64,000 nucleotides of DNA from positions 186,001 through 250,000 of IMG/VR virus record IMGVR_UViG_3300038424_000251, one strand, 5' to 3'. The position numbers were made by a program, and so were the translations under genes. Below are positions 1 through 10,606 of the stretch, one piece after another; position 1 is the stretch's first letter, and each line of letters begins with the position of its first letter. A model generated the notes under the pieces. It was given only the letters and a program-made list of their open reading frames with translations. It was not told where the DNA came from and made no database searches.

Positions 1-1
1 A

Positions 2-1015
2 ACCAACACACCCGCAGCAGCCGCCTCGTTCATCAAAGGAACGATGAATATTACCTTCAACACCCATCAGAATCCGCCGGGAACGAAGGGCATCCAAGAC
101 GTTTATGATATTAATATCAACGTCGCAAACAGCGCCGTATTCCACGGCAAAATGACTGACCGCCCGCAGATTATTGAGGGTATGTTCAGCAAGGCCATCA
201 CTCAACCCCGTTCGTTGAAGTATGACGTTGCTTGTGACGTTGTGAATCCAAAGAATCCAGCACAGACGAAAAATATTGGCCGCATGTATGGTATGGTGCC
301 GATTTCATCCGATGGTGTGTATAACTACGACAAAAGTTCTCTTGTGGTTGACATTCTGCCGATGGGTAACGCTGGTGGTTTTACAAGTAAATTCAGTGGG
401 CAAGCCGCGGGTAAGCCGCTTGTTCGTCCCTCAAATTGGACTGATACCATTCGTGAAACAGTCAACATCAGTCGTCTTGTGAATGGTAAACCTATGACCG
501 TCGCATTAAAGCGTTATGACAAGATGGACTTCCGCCAAGTGGTCATCGCCGAAGGACCAGTTCAAATTTATCAACCCGTAACTGTCAATGGTCAAATGTA
601 TTATGATTATGACAAAAATTGTTGGTTCTTCAACAACTTCACCGTTCAGTATGCCGAAGGTGGTATCGTGAAAGTTGACCGTGTTACCGGCACAATTCGT
701 TGGGTTGAAGACCCAAACCGCAAGAGCAACGGTCTTGGCCAATATGAATTCGATGTTCGTGTTAATGAACCGGCACCTGACGCTTCAAGCGCCTTTGCCG
801 CTCCAACTGACGAATCAGCGTTCTTCTCAAGTGATGCTACGGTGCCCGGCTTGAGTGGCACGATGAAATATAAAGACACAATGAATGCAAATGGTGATAC
901 GTTGGCATCGGCTGTGACGATTGACTTGAATGGTAATAACATTACCAAACAGGAAGTCATGGTTCTCGGTAAAGTGATTATCTTCGCCTCGGTAATTCCT
1001 ATGAATTCTGACTAA
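2..1015 (+). CDS. hypothetical, probably secreted/periplasmic protein; 5' end lies outside the window
   Basis: Frame of track ORF 44..1015 stays open to the left edge (TNTPAAAASFIKGTM...); beta-rich, higher GC than neighbours; no family recognised. Confidence 0.6.
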   Translation, partial: TNTPAAAASFIKGTMNITFNTHQNPPGTKGIQDVYDININVANSAVFHGKMTDRPQIIEGMFSKAITQPRSLKYDVACDVVNPKNPAQTKNIGRMYGMVPISSDGVYNYDKSSLVVDILPMGNAGGFTSKFSGQAAGKPLVRPSNWTDTIRETVNISRLVNGKPMTVALKRYDKMDFRQVVIAEGPVQIYQPVTVNGQMYYDYDKNCWFFNNFTVQYAEGGIVKVDRVTGTIRWVEDPNRKSNGLGQYEFDVRVNEPAPDASSAFAAPTDESAFFSSDATVPGLSGTMKYKDTMNANGDTLASAVTIDLNGNNITKQEVMVLGKVIIFASVIPMNSD

Positions 1016-1077
1016 TAACAATAATCAATCAAAACAACAAACAATACAACAAATAGTTAATACAACAAACTAAATAT

Positions 1078-1641
1078 ATGAAACAAACAATTGTTACATT
1101 CGCAGTTCTTACATTGGCTATTATTGGCCTCAACGCTGCTCAAACAAATCCTGTGAGCACCAATGACGCCACTACTACTCCAAAACTCAACACCAACTCT
1201 TTGAGCATGAAGGATGATGCTACTCCGAAAGAGTCTTACGAACTTACTATTGGTGGTGGTGGATTCGTTAATCCTACGACAAGTCAAACTCAATTTGGCT
1301 TGGATACTACCTTTTCTACAGACCCTATTAAGAAGTATCCCAATGTCTGGTTTGGAGTGGAGCAAGTTTTGTCTTGGCAACCTTCTGTTGCTGGTGAAAC
1401 AGATATTTATCCTGAATATGCATGGGATATTTACAAGGATTTGTGGCTCAACACTGGATGGTATGCTGGATTATCGTATGATTCGGATACTTCGGCTTGG
1501 CATACAGGTCCGGAAGCTTCCTTTGAATATTATGTCGGTGCCAATGCCTTTATCTATATTGGAGCAAGTTATGATGTGCTGAGTCGGGGAGTTGATAATT
1601 CTCAAATCCCATATAGATTTGGTATCGGTATAACGTTCTAA
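1078..1641 (+). CDS. signal-peptide protein, candidate small outer-membrane beta-barrel
   Basis: N-terminal MKQTIVTFAVLTLAIIGLNAAQ, alternating hydrophobic beta-strand pattern, C-terminal YRFGIGITF ending in Phe. Confidence 0.5.
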   Translation: MKQTIVTFAVLTLAIIGLNAAQTNPVSTNDATTTPKLNTNSLSMKDDATPKESYELTIGGGGFVNPTTSQTQFGLDTTFSTDPIKKYPNVWFGVEQVLSWQPSVAGETDIYPEYAWDIYKDLWLNTGWYAGLSYDSDTSAWHTGPEASFEYYVGANAFIYIGASYDVLSRGVDNSQIPYRFGIGITF

Positions 1642-1658
1642 ACAAAAGTAATTCAACC

Positions 1659-2270
1659 GTGACCCAAATAAAACCTGAAATCTACGGGAAAAACGCAAAA
1701 CCGCTGGGTCAGTACCCAGCGGTTGTTTTGGTTAATCCCAAGTATTCTGCTAACGTTGGTGCGGTACTTAGAGCAGCTTCGTGCTTCGGAGCAAAACAAC
1801 TTTGGTGGACAGGAAACCGTGTTAGGTTGGATGATGGGCAACGTCTCCCCCGTGAAGAACGGTTGAAAGGTTATAAGGATGTTGAACTTCGCCAGTTTGA
1901 TTATCCATTTGAACATTTTAAGGGTGAAGGAGTTACGCCAATTGCGATTGAACTATTGCCGGGGTCTGAATGTCTATGTGACTTTATTCATCCTCCTAAA
2001 GCGATTTATGTCTTTGGGCCAGAAGATGGCTCAATAGACCAAGTAACTCGAAGATTTTGTCATAGATTTGTAAGCATACCAACAAAACATTGCACAAATC
2101 TGGCAGCAGCAGTTTATTTAGTTCTCTATGACAGAATGTTTAAACACTGGATGCAAACAGGCGAAAAACCTGAACTTAATGAACAACGTGGATTCATTGG
2201 CGATGATGAACAATCAAACCAAGACGTTTGGAGAGAAGCTGGTTATAGAAATGGAGTAGCATTTATATGA
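1659..2270 (+). CDS. SpoU/TrmH-family (SPOUT) RNA 2'-O-methyltransferase
   Basis: Motifs VVLVNPKYSANVGAVLRAASCFG, YVFGPEDGSI, SIPTKHCTNLAAAVYLVLYDR match SPOUT motifs 1-3. Confidence 0.85.
   Translation: MTQIKPEIYGKNAKPLGQYPAVVLVNPKYSANVGAVLRAASCFGAKQLWWTGNRVRLDDGQRLPREERLKGYKDVELRQFDYPFEHFKGEGVTPIAIELLPGSECLCDFIHPPKAIYVFGPEDGSIDQVTRRFCHRFVSIPTKHCTNLAAAVYLVLYDRMFKHWMQTGEKPELNEQRGFIGDDEQSNQDVWREAGYRNGVAFI
1701..1722 (+). repeat. AGT-loop GC hairpin, member of dispersed family (inside SPOUT CDS)
   Basis: ccgctgggt-cagt-acccagcgg, perfect 9-bp inverted repeat; shares AGTACCC..AGCG with copies at 40524 and 59969. Confidence 0.55.
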
Positions 2271-2971
2271 AATTATGGAATATAGGTTATCTTATTGTTT
2301 TCCTATTACTAATGATAACAGGTCATTGGTTTATAGGTATTGTAGCAGCATTGATTTGGTATATGGGATATAAAATCAAACGTTTCTTTTTTTCTATTGA
2401 TTAATTCACGAATATGGAAAATATAAAAATCATATCATTATACTGTATCGTCATTTTAATTGTTTCAATAACAGCTATATGGTTTTTGAATGGCGTGCAA
2501 GATTTTTTTGAATATCAATCCATTCTTGAAGACAACAATACTTCGTGGAATAGTTGGTATAGCCAAAATTGGTTCTATTCTCCTTACACTAATTTTAGAC
2601 TGTCTCAATATCCATCAACATTTCATATAGCAAAACTAACGGTGATAATAGCCAGATATGGATTGAAAAAGAGAAAAAGGTTGGTAACAAAACATTTTGG
2701 ACTATAGACTATAAAATGGATTTAATAAAACATGAATAATACAAAATACATTTGTAACGCAGCAAAAAATGGATATTGTATTTTTCAAATTTTATTTGCT
2801 GGTCCCAATTCCCGCACATTCTGTTCTGATGCTGTTCCTCATTTAAAAGGAGAAACCAACGATTGTTGCTGTAATAATTTATTAAATCATAATTGTGGAT
2901 GGGCAGCTAAAAGCACAAAAACCAATCCTAAGAAACTTTTTCCATCAGCTAGATGTACAAAAATTAAATAA
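2267..2971 (+). other. cluster of three small hypothetical ORFs (2267..2404 membrane peptide, 2414..2707, 2732..2971 Cys-rich)
   Basis: Tightly packed co-oriented ORFs between SPOUT and ligase genes; 2267..2404 read by eye, below the track cutoff. Confidence 0.55.
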
Positions 2972-2973
2972 TT

Positions 2974-3627
2974 GTGATAGAATATCCAACCATCTTACCA
3001 TCAGCAAGAGCACCGCACGCTCCGTGTGTTGCTTTTGAGAAATATGACGGTTCTAATATCAGAGTAAAATATACTAATAAAAAAGGGTTCTGTCTTTTCG
3101 GTAGTCGCACCCAATTATTCGATAAAGGCCATCCATTTTTAGGAGAAGCTGTAGATATTTTTTACAACAAATATCAAGACAAGTTGATTGACCTTATTGA
3201 AGAAATGTGGCCTCATGAACGTGAAGTAATTGCTTTCCTTGAATTCTTTGGGGATAATTCATTTGCTGGTTATCACGAAAAAGATGACCCGAAAGATTTG
3301 ATACTCTTTGATTTAATGATTGGTCATAAAAACCGAAAATTTCTATTACCTCAAGAATTTGTCAGACTTACAGCCAAAGTCAAAGTTGAAATTCCAACGA
3401 TAATGTATGAAGGCAATTTAAGCGACCAACTTATTTACGATATTCGTGACGGTAAATATGATACATTTAGTAAACGTAAAATATTTGAGGGCGTCGTTTG
3501 TAAAGGAACAGAACGAACCGGTGCTCATCGCGGTAATATTTGGATGGCAAAAATCAAAACACGGAAGTATTTAGATTTACTTAAAGGTAAATTTGGTGAA
3601 GAAGAAGCAAAAAAGTATGGTGAATAA
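2974..3627 (+). CDS. RNA ligase-type nucleotidyltransferase (short, adenylation domain only)
   Basis: Motif I AFEKYDGSN, LILFDL, FEGVVCK, MAKIKT. Confidence 0.75.
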   Translation: MIEYPTILPSARAPHAPCVAFEKYDGSNIRVKYTNKKGFCLFGSRTQLFDKGHPFLGEAVDIFYNKYQDKLIDLIEEMWPHEREVIAFLEFFGDNSFAGYHEKDDPKDLILFDLMIGHKNRKFLLPQEFVRLTAKVKVEIPTIMYEGNLSDQLIYDIRDGKYDTFSKRKIFEGVVCKGTERTGAHRGNIWMAKIKTRKYLDLLKGKFGEEEAKKYGE

Positions 3628-4525
3628 CATGCGAAAAATGCTTAAAGATTTTTTGGATAATTCTTCTCCTGAACAATTAAGAGAAGAACTTAAAAAAGGA
3701 AACCGACCATTTTTTCAAACATTAAAAGACCCCACAATAATTCATATGAAAAATATAAAAGTCAATGTAACATTGGAATTTGAATTTCCATTTAATGAAA
3801 ATGATGAAGTTTATAAAACAGTCTTTGAGAATTTAGTTAACTATGCTCTTTGCGAACATCTTGAAGATGCAAGTTATTGGTTAGCAAAGAGTAAAGGGAA
3901 TAAAAAATCTACCGATTATGAGATTTATGTTCACCATAAACTATGGGCAGATGTATTGACAAAATCAGAACTAAATGTGAACTACGAAGTAATATTCCCC
4001 AAAGAACCAACTAAATCCTACTGGGTAAAAGACGATGGAATACACTGCCCTATCTGTGGTGTTGAAATGGATGGTTGTCATATTGGCTCATTTTGTAGTA
4101 AAGAGAAGGGCGGTTGTGGAAAATGGTGTGATGGACGTGCAGACCTAACAGATGCAGAAGCAGAAAAATTTAAAGAAATAATAATAAGATGAATTCGCTT
4201 ATAACAGAAAAATTTAGAAAGTTAAAATTTCCTCAAAAAAGATTTTATGCTGAAAGACTTTTTTGTTTGGATTACTATGAACGATTAAAATACATTCAGT
4301 ATATGTTGACTATCTTTAAAGAAATTAAAAATTACTATGAAAATTAAACCTGACAAAAATGTTGAAGCTCCTCCAACTGAAATTATAACAGAAGGATACT
4401 ACAAACTTTTATGTGCTATCATTGGACATAAATTCCAATGGAAAACTACACCTAAAAAACATTACCAACAGCAAATATGTGAAGTATGTGGAATGACGGG
4501 TGAAACAAGAAAAAACAGAGCATGA
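3593..4525 (+). other. two hypothetical ORFs (3593..4192 with C-terminal Cys cluster CPICG...CGKWCDG; 4337..4525)
   Basis: ORF track; Cys/His-rich putative zinc ribbons. Confidence 0.55.
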
Positions 4526-4869
4526 AAATTGCTGTAGTTGGTTCACGAACATTTAATGATTATGATTTATTAAAGAAATCATTGGACAACTTGTATCCAA
4601 ACATAAGTCTAATTATTTCTGGTGGTGCTAAGGGTGCGGATTCTCTTGCTGAAAAATATGCTAAGGATGAAGGGATTCCCACCCAAATTTTTAAACCTAA
4701 TTGGAAAAAGTATGGAAAAGCTGCTGGTTTTGTTAGAAACAAAGATATAATTGCTGCTTCAGATATGGTTATTGCATTTTGGGACTGCGTCTCGCATGGA
4801 ACTAAAAACAGCATTGAACACGCTTACACGATGAACAAACCTGTAATTATTGTTCCAGATTTTGTTTAA
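4522..4869 (+). CDS. DUF2493 / SLOG (YspA-like) nucleotide-binding protein
   Basis: KIAVVGSRTFNDY, IISGGAKGADSLAE, PNWKKYGKAAGFVRN, VIAFWD...GTKNSI. Confidence 0.85.
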   Translation: MKIAVVGSRTFNDYDLLKKSLDNLYPNISLIISGGAKGADSLAEKYAKDEGIPTQIFKPNWKKYGKAAGFVRNKDIIAASDMVIAFWDCVSHGTKNSIEHAYTMNKPVIIVPDFV

Positions 4870-5539
4870 CATCACAAGGTATCTTGTCAAATTCCAGATT
4901 ATATTTTTTACACAATGCTAAAGCTTTACGATATGCAAGAAAAGCTTCTTTTTCGTTACCGCTTCGTGATAGGGCTTTCAATTTTTTAATCTTTTTAAAT
5001 TCATCGGTAGTCAAAGAACCATAAATAAATTTACCGATTTCTTCTGGTTCAATAGTAACATCATCAGTAATAACATCCTCAAAAGATACACTATCACCCA
5101 ATTCATCAAGTTTTTGTTCTATTGCTAATGAATGTAGTATTCCTTTGATATACAATTTGGTTTCATCGCTAATCTCAAATCCGAATTCTTCAAGATAGTC
5201 TTTAAGCACTTCTTCAGCGGTTTTAGTAGTCTGCTTTATCTCTTCCTCTCTTAACATAAAATACAAGAAATTAAGAATAGGTGTGTAAATTGTAGGATAA
5301 AAAGTAGTATTACCTTGGAAAACTTCTTCTTCGGTTAATCCCCTCTTTTTCCCATCTGTAAGTAATTTTTGACGTTGCTTAGTTCCTTCAAGAATTTCTG
5401 TTTGATATTTTTTTGTGTATAATTTTGCTGCATCTAAAAGGTTTTGTTTATCCTTCTTGACCGCCTCTTTCTTTTTAGCCAATGCTCTAGCAAAATCTGG
5501 GTCATTTTGAAGAATTCTTACCAATGAATAGTTTTCCAT
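4847..5539 (-). CDS. hypothetical protein with C-terminal DUF2786-like domain
   Basis: KIKKLKALSRSGNEKEAFLAYRKALALCKKYNL. Confidence 0.6.
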   Translation of the reverse strand: MENYSLVRILQNDPDFARALAKKKEAVKKDKQNLLDAAKLYTKKYQTEILEGTKQRQKLLTDGKKRGLTEEEVFQGNTTFYPTIYTPILNFLYFMLREEEIKQTTKTAEEVLKDYLEEFGFEISDETKLYIKGILHSLAIEQKLDELGDSVSFEDVITDDVTIEPEEIGKFIYGSLTTDEFKKIKKLKALSRSGNEKEAFLAYRKALALCKKYNLEFDKIPCDVKQNLEQ

Positions 5540-5627
5540 AATTAATCATATATACATAGATATTTCGGAAAACGCCTTATTTTATAAGGCTTGACAGTAT
5601 ATAGAAAAAGTGATATAGTGCCCTATA

Positions 5628-5972
5628 ATGAAAAAATATACCATCGTTAGTAGGCGTTCCAATTTCGTTATGTGGCGTGTTCCCATTTGGGAGACATTCA
5701 TAACCGGCAAGAAAACCAAAAAGAATCCAAAAGGCATTTATGCAGGTCATCTTATCACAAAAAATTTACTCACTTTTGACTCATACAAAGAAACCAAAGA
5801 AATTGTAAAATGGTTAGATGATGTTAATTTTATATGTCAACATAAAATTGTAAATGTTGATAAAATTGCTGAAATTATAAAAACTACTAAAGGATTTTAC
5901 CCAAAAGGAAGTTATTATTATTGGAAAAAATATCTTCTTGATGATTCTGTATTTAAAAGAAAAAAGAAATAA
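5628..5972 (+). CDS. hypothetical protein, leaderless cassette
   Basis: ATG 8 nt after -10 TATAGT (5614-19). Confidence 0.65.
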   Translation: MKKYTIVSRRSNFVMWRVPIWETFITGKKTKKNPKGIYAGHLITKNLLTFDSYKETKEIVKWLDDVNFICQHKIVNVDKIAEIIKTTKGFYPKGSYYYWKKYLLDDSVFKRKKK

Positions 5973-5973
5973 C

Positions 5974-6459
5974 ATGATTTACTGGCTCATAGGTCAACCC
6001 GGTTGCGGAAAGAGTACTTTGGCAAAGCTTCTACAAGCAAAAATTGAAAAATGTCTGTATTTTGATGGGGATGACTTGCGTAAAATCTTTGGTAACTCAT
6101 ACTCTCCTAAACATTTTACAAGAGAATGGAGAGAAGAACAAACACGAGCTTTACAACGATTGATTACTTATCTTGTTGACCAAGGATTTAACATAATAAT
6201 TGCTACAGTTAATCCTTATAGAAATGTAAGAGAAGAATTCAAAAATTCAAGAATGGATATGAGGGAAATTTATATTCACAAAACTGATGTAAGAGAAAGA
6301 GAAAATTTTGCTGTTTCTGATTATGAGCCTCCTTTAGAAAACTTTATTGATATAAATACCACGGGTCACACTCCCGAAGAATCAGTAGAAGAAATCGTTC
6401 AAAAAGATATTTCATTGGGCATACTTGAACTTATGAAGAAATATCATGACTATAGATAA
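5974..6459 (+). CDS. P-loop nucleotide/polynucleotide kinase (APS-kinase/NMP-kinase fold)
   Basis: WLIGQPGCGKSTLAKLL Walker A, YFDGDDLR, IIIATVNPY; start moved to ATG 5974. Confidence 0.8.
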   Translation: MIYWLIGQPGCGKSTLAKLLQAKIEKCLYFDGDDLRKIFGNSYSPKHFTREWREEQTRALQRLITYLVDQGFNIIIATVNPYRNVREEFKNSRMDMREIYIHKTDVRERENFAVSDYEPPLENFIDINTTGHTPEESVEEIVQKDISLGILELMKKYHDYR

Positions 6460-7215
6460 AGTAACATCATTAGCTGACCTAGCATTCAAAGCTAAAACTA
6501 ATAAGTATTATAAAAAGTTAGCTATTATTGCAGCTGAATATCTCGGCGGTTATTTTGAACAGAAGACATACGAATATGCTATAAATACTTTATATAGAGT
6601 AGCTCGTTTCAATGACCCAAATTCATGTCTATCAGTAGTCAATGCAATAAATAATCTTAGAAATAGAGTAGAAGAAAACCCTGACCCTGTAGTTGAACGA
6701 CTCAAAAATATAAAAAAAGAAGATATGCCTTACAAAGACAACATATCATTTAATGAACGGATAAACGAAGAATGTGAACGCCGCCAAAGGCGACAATGGG
6801 AACAAATGATGGAAAGAGAATATGAAGAACAACATAGGCGATGGAGGTCTTACGATTGGATTCCCTACTATGACGACCATACGTAAATATGAAAAAAATT
6901 ACTTCATTATTTGACTTCTTCCAAAAAGTAAAGACAGACAAAAGGTATGAAGAAGTAGCACGTTATGCTTATACCTATAATATTGGCACATCTCCTACTC
7001 GTTTTAGATATGTGGATGCTGAAAGGTGGATTAAAGAGTGGATAAAAAATAATGAATCGGATACTTGTAAAGCGATGGTTCTTTATTTAAATGAATGTAT
7101 GGTTAAAATTTACCCATCAGAATACGAAGATTTAGAATTATTGAAAAATTTAGTTGAAGAAGATGATTGTGTTGAAGATGATTGTGTTGAAGGAAGCGAA
7201 GAACCCGAAGCCTAA
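6446..7215 (+). other. two hypothetical ORFs (6446..6886, 6889..7215)
   Basis: ORF track, abutting; the second has a 15-nt tandem duplication (EDDCV x2). Confidence 0.6.
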
Positions 7216-7263
7216 TAGTTAATAAACGAGGCTTGACTTATTATAGAATTATGATAGACTTTT

Positions 7264-8361
7264 GTGATGAAAGTTGACCTACAATATATTGACTTGACGC
7301 AATTCATGGTACATGAGCGTATTTTGAATGGTGAAATGGTCTATTTGGTTCAACCTCAACATATTGGCGCAAAATGGGACCATGACAACAAAATTTTCCG
7401 TTCCTCTCTTTGGGATTCCAATGGTGAGCTTATTTCAGCAGGCTTTTACAAATTTACGAATTGGGGTGAATCGCCTGACGTTTTTCCTTTACCCAATTCT
7501 TTAAAAAATTCCACCATCGTTGAAAAAATTGATGGTTCATTACTCATTGTTTCAAAATGGAAAGGTAAATATATTTTAAGAACTCGTGGCACCGTTGACG
7601 CTACTCAACTTGAAAATGGTCATGAGCTTGAAATTTTTAAGCAAACTATTCTTCCGAATATTATAAACAATGATAATACTTGGAATGTCTCTTATTTGTT
7701 TGAATGGGTATCACCTACTCAAAAAATTATTCTTAATTACGGCGACCAACCTGATTGGTATTTAGTAGGTGTTGTAAAACATAATGATTATTCATTAGTT
7801 CCTCAATCAGAATTGGATGAATACGCTTCTTACAATTTTATGAAGCGTCCTACCACCTATACCTTTACCACCATTGAAGACCTTTTGTTGAATGTTGACC
7901 AATGGAAAGACAAAGAAGGCGTTTGTGTTTATTCCGATGGTGGGCAATCAATTCATAAAATTAAATCTACATGGTATCTTACCCTTCATCACATGAAATC
8001 AGAATTGGCTTCATTTGATAAAGTTATTGATGTATGGTTCAACTTTGGAAAACCCACTTACACTGAATTTTATGATAAAGTGTCCACTCAATTTGACCAT
8101 GAATTGGCAACTCAAATCCGTGGTGATATATCCCGTATTTGTGATGGTTGGAAAGAAGTTTTGAAAATTGAGGAAGGTATGGTTAATTTCGTTAAAAACG
8201 AACTTAGCAAATATCCTACTCGTAAATTACAAGCAGTGGTTACATTTCAATCGTATGGAAAAGGAACAAATCGTTCGTCTTATGTTTTTAAGTTATTGGA
8301 TGGTAAAACATTAAGTGATGAAGATTATAAAAAATTACTTTATCAAGTAACAAAAAATTAG
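7264..8361 (+). CDS. T4 Rnl1 (RnlA)-like RNA ligase
   Basis: FYKFTNWGE, motif I VEKIDGSLLIV, YILRTRG, YLFEWVSP, KEGVCV, KIKSTWYLTLH. Confidence 0.8.
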   Translation: MMKVDLQYIDLTQFMVHERILNGEMVYLVQPQHIGAKWDHDNKIFRSSLWDSNGELISAGFYKFTNWGESPDVFPLPNSLKNSTIVEKIDGSLLIVSKWKGKYILRTRGTVDATQLENGHELEIFKQTILPNIINNDNTWNVSYLFEWVSPTQKIILNYGDQPDWYLVGVVKHNDYSLVPQSELDEYASYNFMKRPTTYTFTTIEDLLLNVDQWKDKEGVCVYSDGGQSIHKIKSTWYLTLHHMKSELASFDKVIDVWFNFGKPTYTEFYDKVSTQFDHELATQIRGDISRICDGWKEVLKIEEGMVNFVKNELSKYPTRKLQAVVTFQSYGKGTNRSSYVFKLLDGKTLSDEDYKKLLYQVTKN

Positions 8362-8374
8362 AACATACAAAATT

Positions 8375-8872
8375 ATGATAATTCTAATCATCATATTATC
8401 CCTAATAATTTTGGCACTACTTGTTGTTATTTATTGCCTGAAAAGTGCCTTTGATTTTGAACGACAAAATGCTGAATATTTTCACAAGGAATATCATAGA
8501 AAGCTGAAAGAAATTCAAAATATGATAGACGCTGGTGCTATTAATTTTTCCAAAAAATGGAAAATTGAAGATTAATCTAATATTGTGCAACATACCCTCA
8601 CATCAATGTTTGCAGGAATGCTTCGCAAGCAAGGATATGATGTAATTGAATACGAATGTTTTGAGATTGTAGAATTCTCAAACTTTGTTTTGGAAGGTAT
8701 GATTCAATTTGACAAAGTAAGGAAAGTCCATCGTGTAAGATGGAAGTGTAAAAAAGGTTATTGTATTTTTGATGTTCCTATGGCTCCCGGCTATTCATCT
8801 TCTGAATTCAAACATGTGGGCGATTTGTTGAATTTCTTACAAAGGCGATTAATATGGAAAAGACAATACTAA
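8375..8872 (+). other. two small hypothetical ORFs (8375..8575 with N-terminal TM helix, 8585..8872)
   Basis: ORF track. Confidence 0.55.
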
Positions 8873-9461
8873 GCTTTGGTAATTTTTTGTTTTTCAATAC
8901 CAACCAATTGTTTGTAACATTCTCTGGCCTTTTTAATATCTTCCAATAAAGTAGCTTCGGTTTTACCTTCCTTTGTATAAACTTCAAGTAAGAAAGGAAA
9001 CATATCAGGCATAACAAATGCCCTTAAAGCAACTTTATCATCAATTATCGTTTCTCTTTTCATATCGTTTTAATAGTTTGTAGAAGAGCTTCGGCTCTTT
9101 GAGTAGCAGTAGCGGTGGTAAGTTTAAATAAATCATCTGGAGAACCAACAAATGTTCCATTATTAAATAAGCGTATTCCTAATATTTTACAAAGATGTGT
9201 CCAAAACATCCAATGTGGATAATGTGCAGGATTACTTGATGCCATATTGCCTTCTGGTAACTTTAGTATTGCCTCATTTATTGCATTGAGGTCATAAAAA
9301 TAATCGGGGATTTCTTTTCTAAAAAATTTCTTACCAAATCCTTCAACATCAACAAAGTTTGGAGGAAAACCATCAATACCATCTGCATCGTGATAATGAT
9401 ATTCTTCAATGTCTTTCCATCCACAAAACTTTGCAATCGTAATTCTTTGTTCATAACTCAT
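8869..9461 (-). other. two hypothetical ORFs (8869..9063, 9060..9461)
   Basis: ORF track; ATGA-type overlaps in a minus-strand run. Confidence 0.6.
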
Positions 9462-9471
9462 AAATATCCTT

Positions 9472-9735
9472 TTAATTATTTATTTTATTCTCTTCTATCA
9501 CTACTACCGGTGGTTTAATAGGTTTAGGTAATTCCATCCATGCCTGAACTTTGAAGTTTTTAGCATCGGATTCTGATGCCATTCCGCTAAATATCCAAAC
9601 ATTGTTCCCATCAGGTTCTAAAAGATATGTAGCAATAACTACAACATCGCCATCAGTAACCAAATATCTAGCTCCTGATGCAGGAGGACTTTCCTGAATA
9701 GAAGTCCATTCAGAATTAAATTTATAATTTTCCAT
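9472..9735 (-). CDS. DUF551-like phage protein
   Basis: WTSIQESPP...YLVTDG...VQAWMELPKP pattern. Confidence 0.6.
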   Translation of the reverse strand: MENYKFNSEWTSIQESPPASGARYLVTDGDVVVIATYLLEPDGNNVWIFSGMASESDAKNFKVQAWMELPKPIKPPVVVIEENKINN

Positions 9736-9762
9736 ATTTGTTATCTCCTTTTATAGAACAAA

Positions 9763-10068
9763 TTACTTTGTTAGTTTTTCTGATTCTGTAACTATTGGAG
9801 TAACATACCATTCTTTTTTCTTAAATGTTGGGTCAACCCAAGGTGTTGTATTGGGATTTGTAGTGAGTTGTGAATCCACATACCCGACTTCTGATTTAAA
9901 TTGTCTTAATAAATCATCAAGATATTGTTTAGCAATATTGACATTTTCTTCAACATCTTGAACACGATATTTTTCACCAGTCCACAATTCAATATCCAAT
10001 GAGCGGAAAATACTAAAAAGACTGTCTAGTATTTTTTCACTTGGTCTTTTTTCTCTACTTTCTCCCAT
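9763..10068 (-). CDS. hypothetical protein
   Basis: ORF track, within minus-strand run. Confidence 0.6.
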   Translation of the reverse strand: MGESREKRPSEKILDSLFSIFRSLDIELWTGEKYRVQDVEENVNIAKQYLDDLLRQFKSEVGYVDSQLTTNPNTTPWVDPTFKKKEWYVTPIVTESEKLTK

Positions 10069-10078
10069 AATCTTTTAA

Positions 10079-10606
10079 TTATTGTAATGACTCTTTATAT
10101 AAATAATCCATATTTTCCAAAACCCCCTTTAAAGATATGGTATTAAATCGTTTTTCATCCGCTTTTCGCAGAAAATCGATAATATTTTGCGGAATACATT
10201 TTTTTTCTATATTATCATGAAAACGCTTGGATATTCCTTTATATTGAATAGATTCTTCTGCTTCTTCGGATGTATATCCTTTAGCCAAAAGAATTGCATA
10301 AGCTATGGATGGAGAACGGTTACGTCCAGCATAGCAATGAATTAGAACAGGTTTGTCCCCCTTGTAATATTCATTAACAACTCTCAAAGTTCCAAAGAAA
10401 GGAGAATAATCCCACCTACCTATCTCTTTGATAGGAAACCAAAAGGAAGGAATACCTACTTTTTGATAATTAAAAGTAGCGCCTACACTGTCTGATACAT
10501 TAACAACAGCACAATAATATTGATTAATAAGTTCTGGCTTAACTGATAGAATGTTATCCAATCCTTTTGGGGTTGGAGTTACTACAAATATTTGGGATTT
10601 GTTCAT
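10079..10606 (-). CDS. dual-specificity / tyrosine phosphatase family (CX5R)
   Basis: PVLIHCYAGRNRSPSIAYAILL signature HCxxGxxRS. Confidence 0.85.
   Translation of the reverse strand: MNKSQIFVVTPTPKGLDNILSVKPELINQYYCAVVNVSDSVGATFNYQKVGIPSFWFPIKEIGRWDYSPFFGTLRVVNEYYKGDKPVLIHCYAGRNRSPSIAYAILLAKGYTSEEAEESIQYKGISKRFHDNIEKKCIPQNIIDFLRKADEKRFNTISLKGVLENMDYLYKESLQ

Noticed and set aside
7159-7193. 15-nt tandem repeat gaagatgattgtgtt x2
   Set aside because: Simple in-frame slippage in an acidic tail; no wider array
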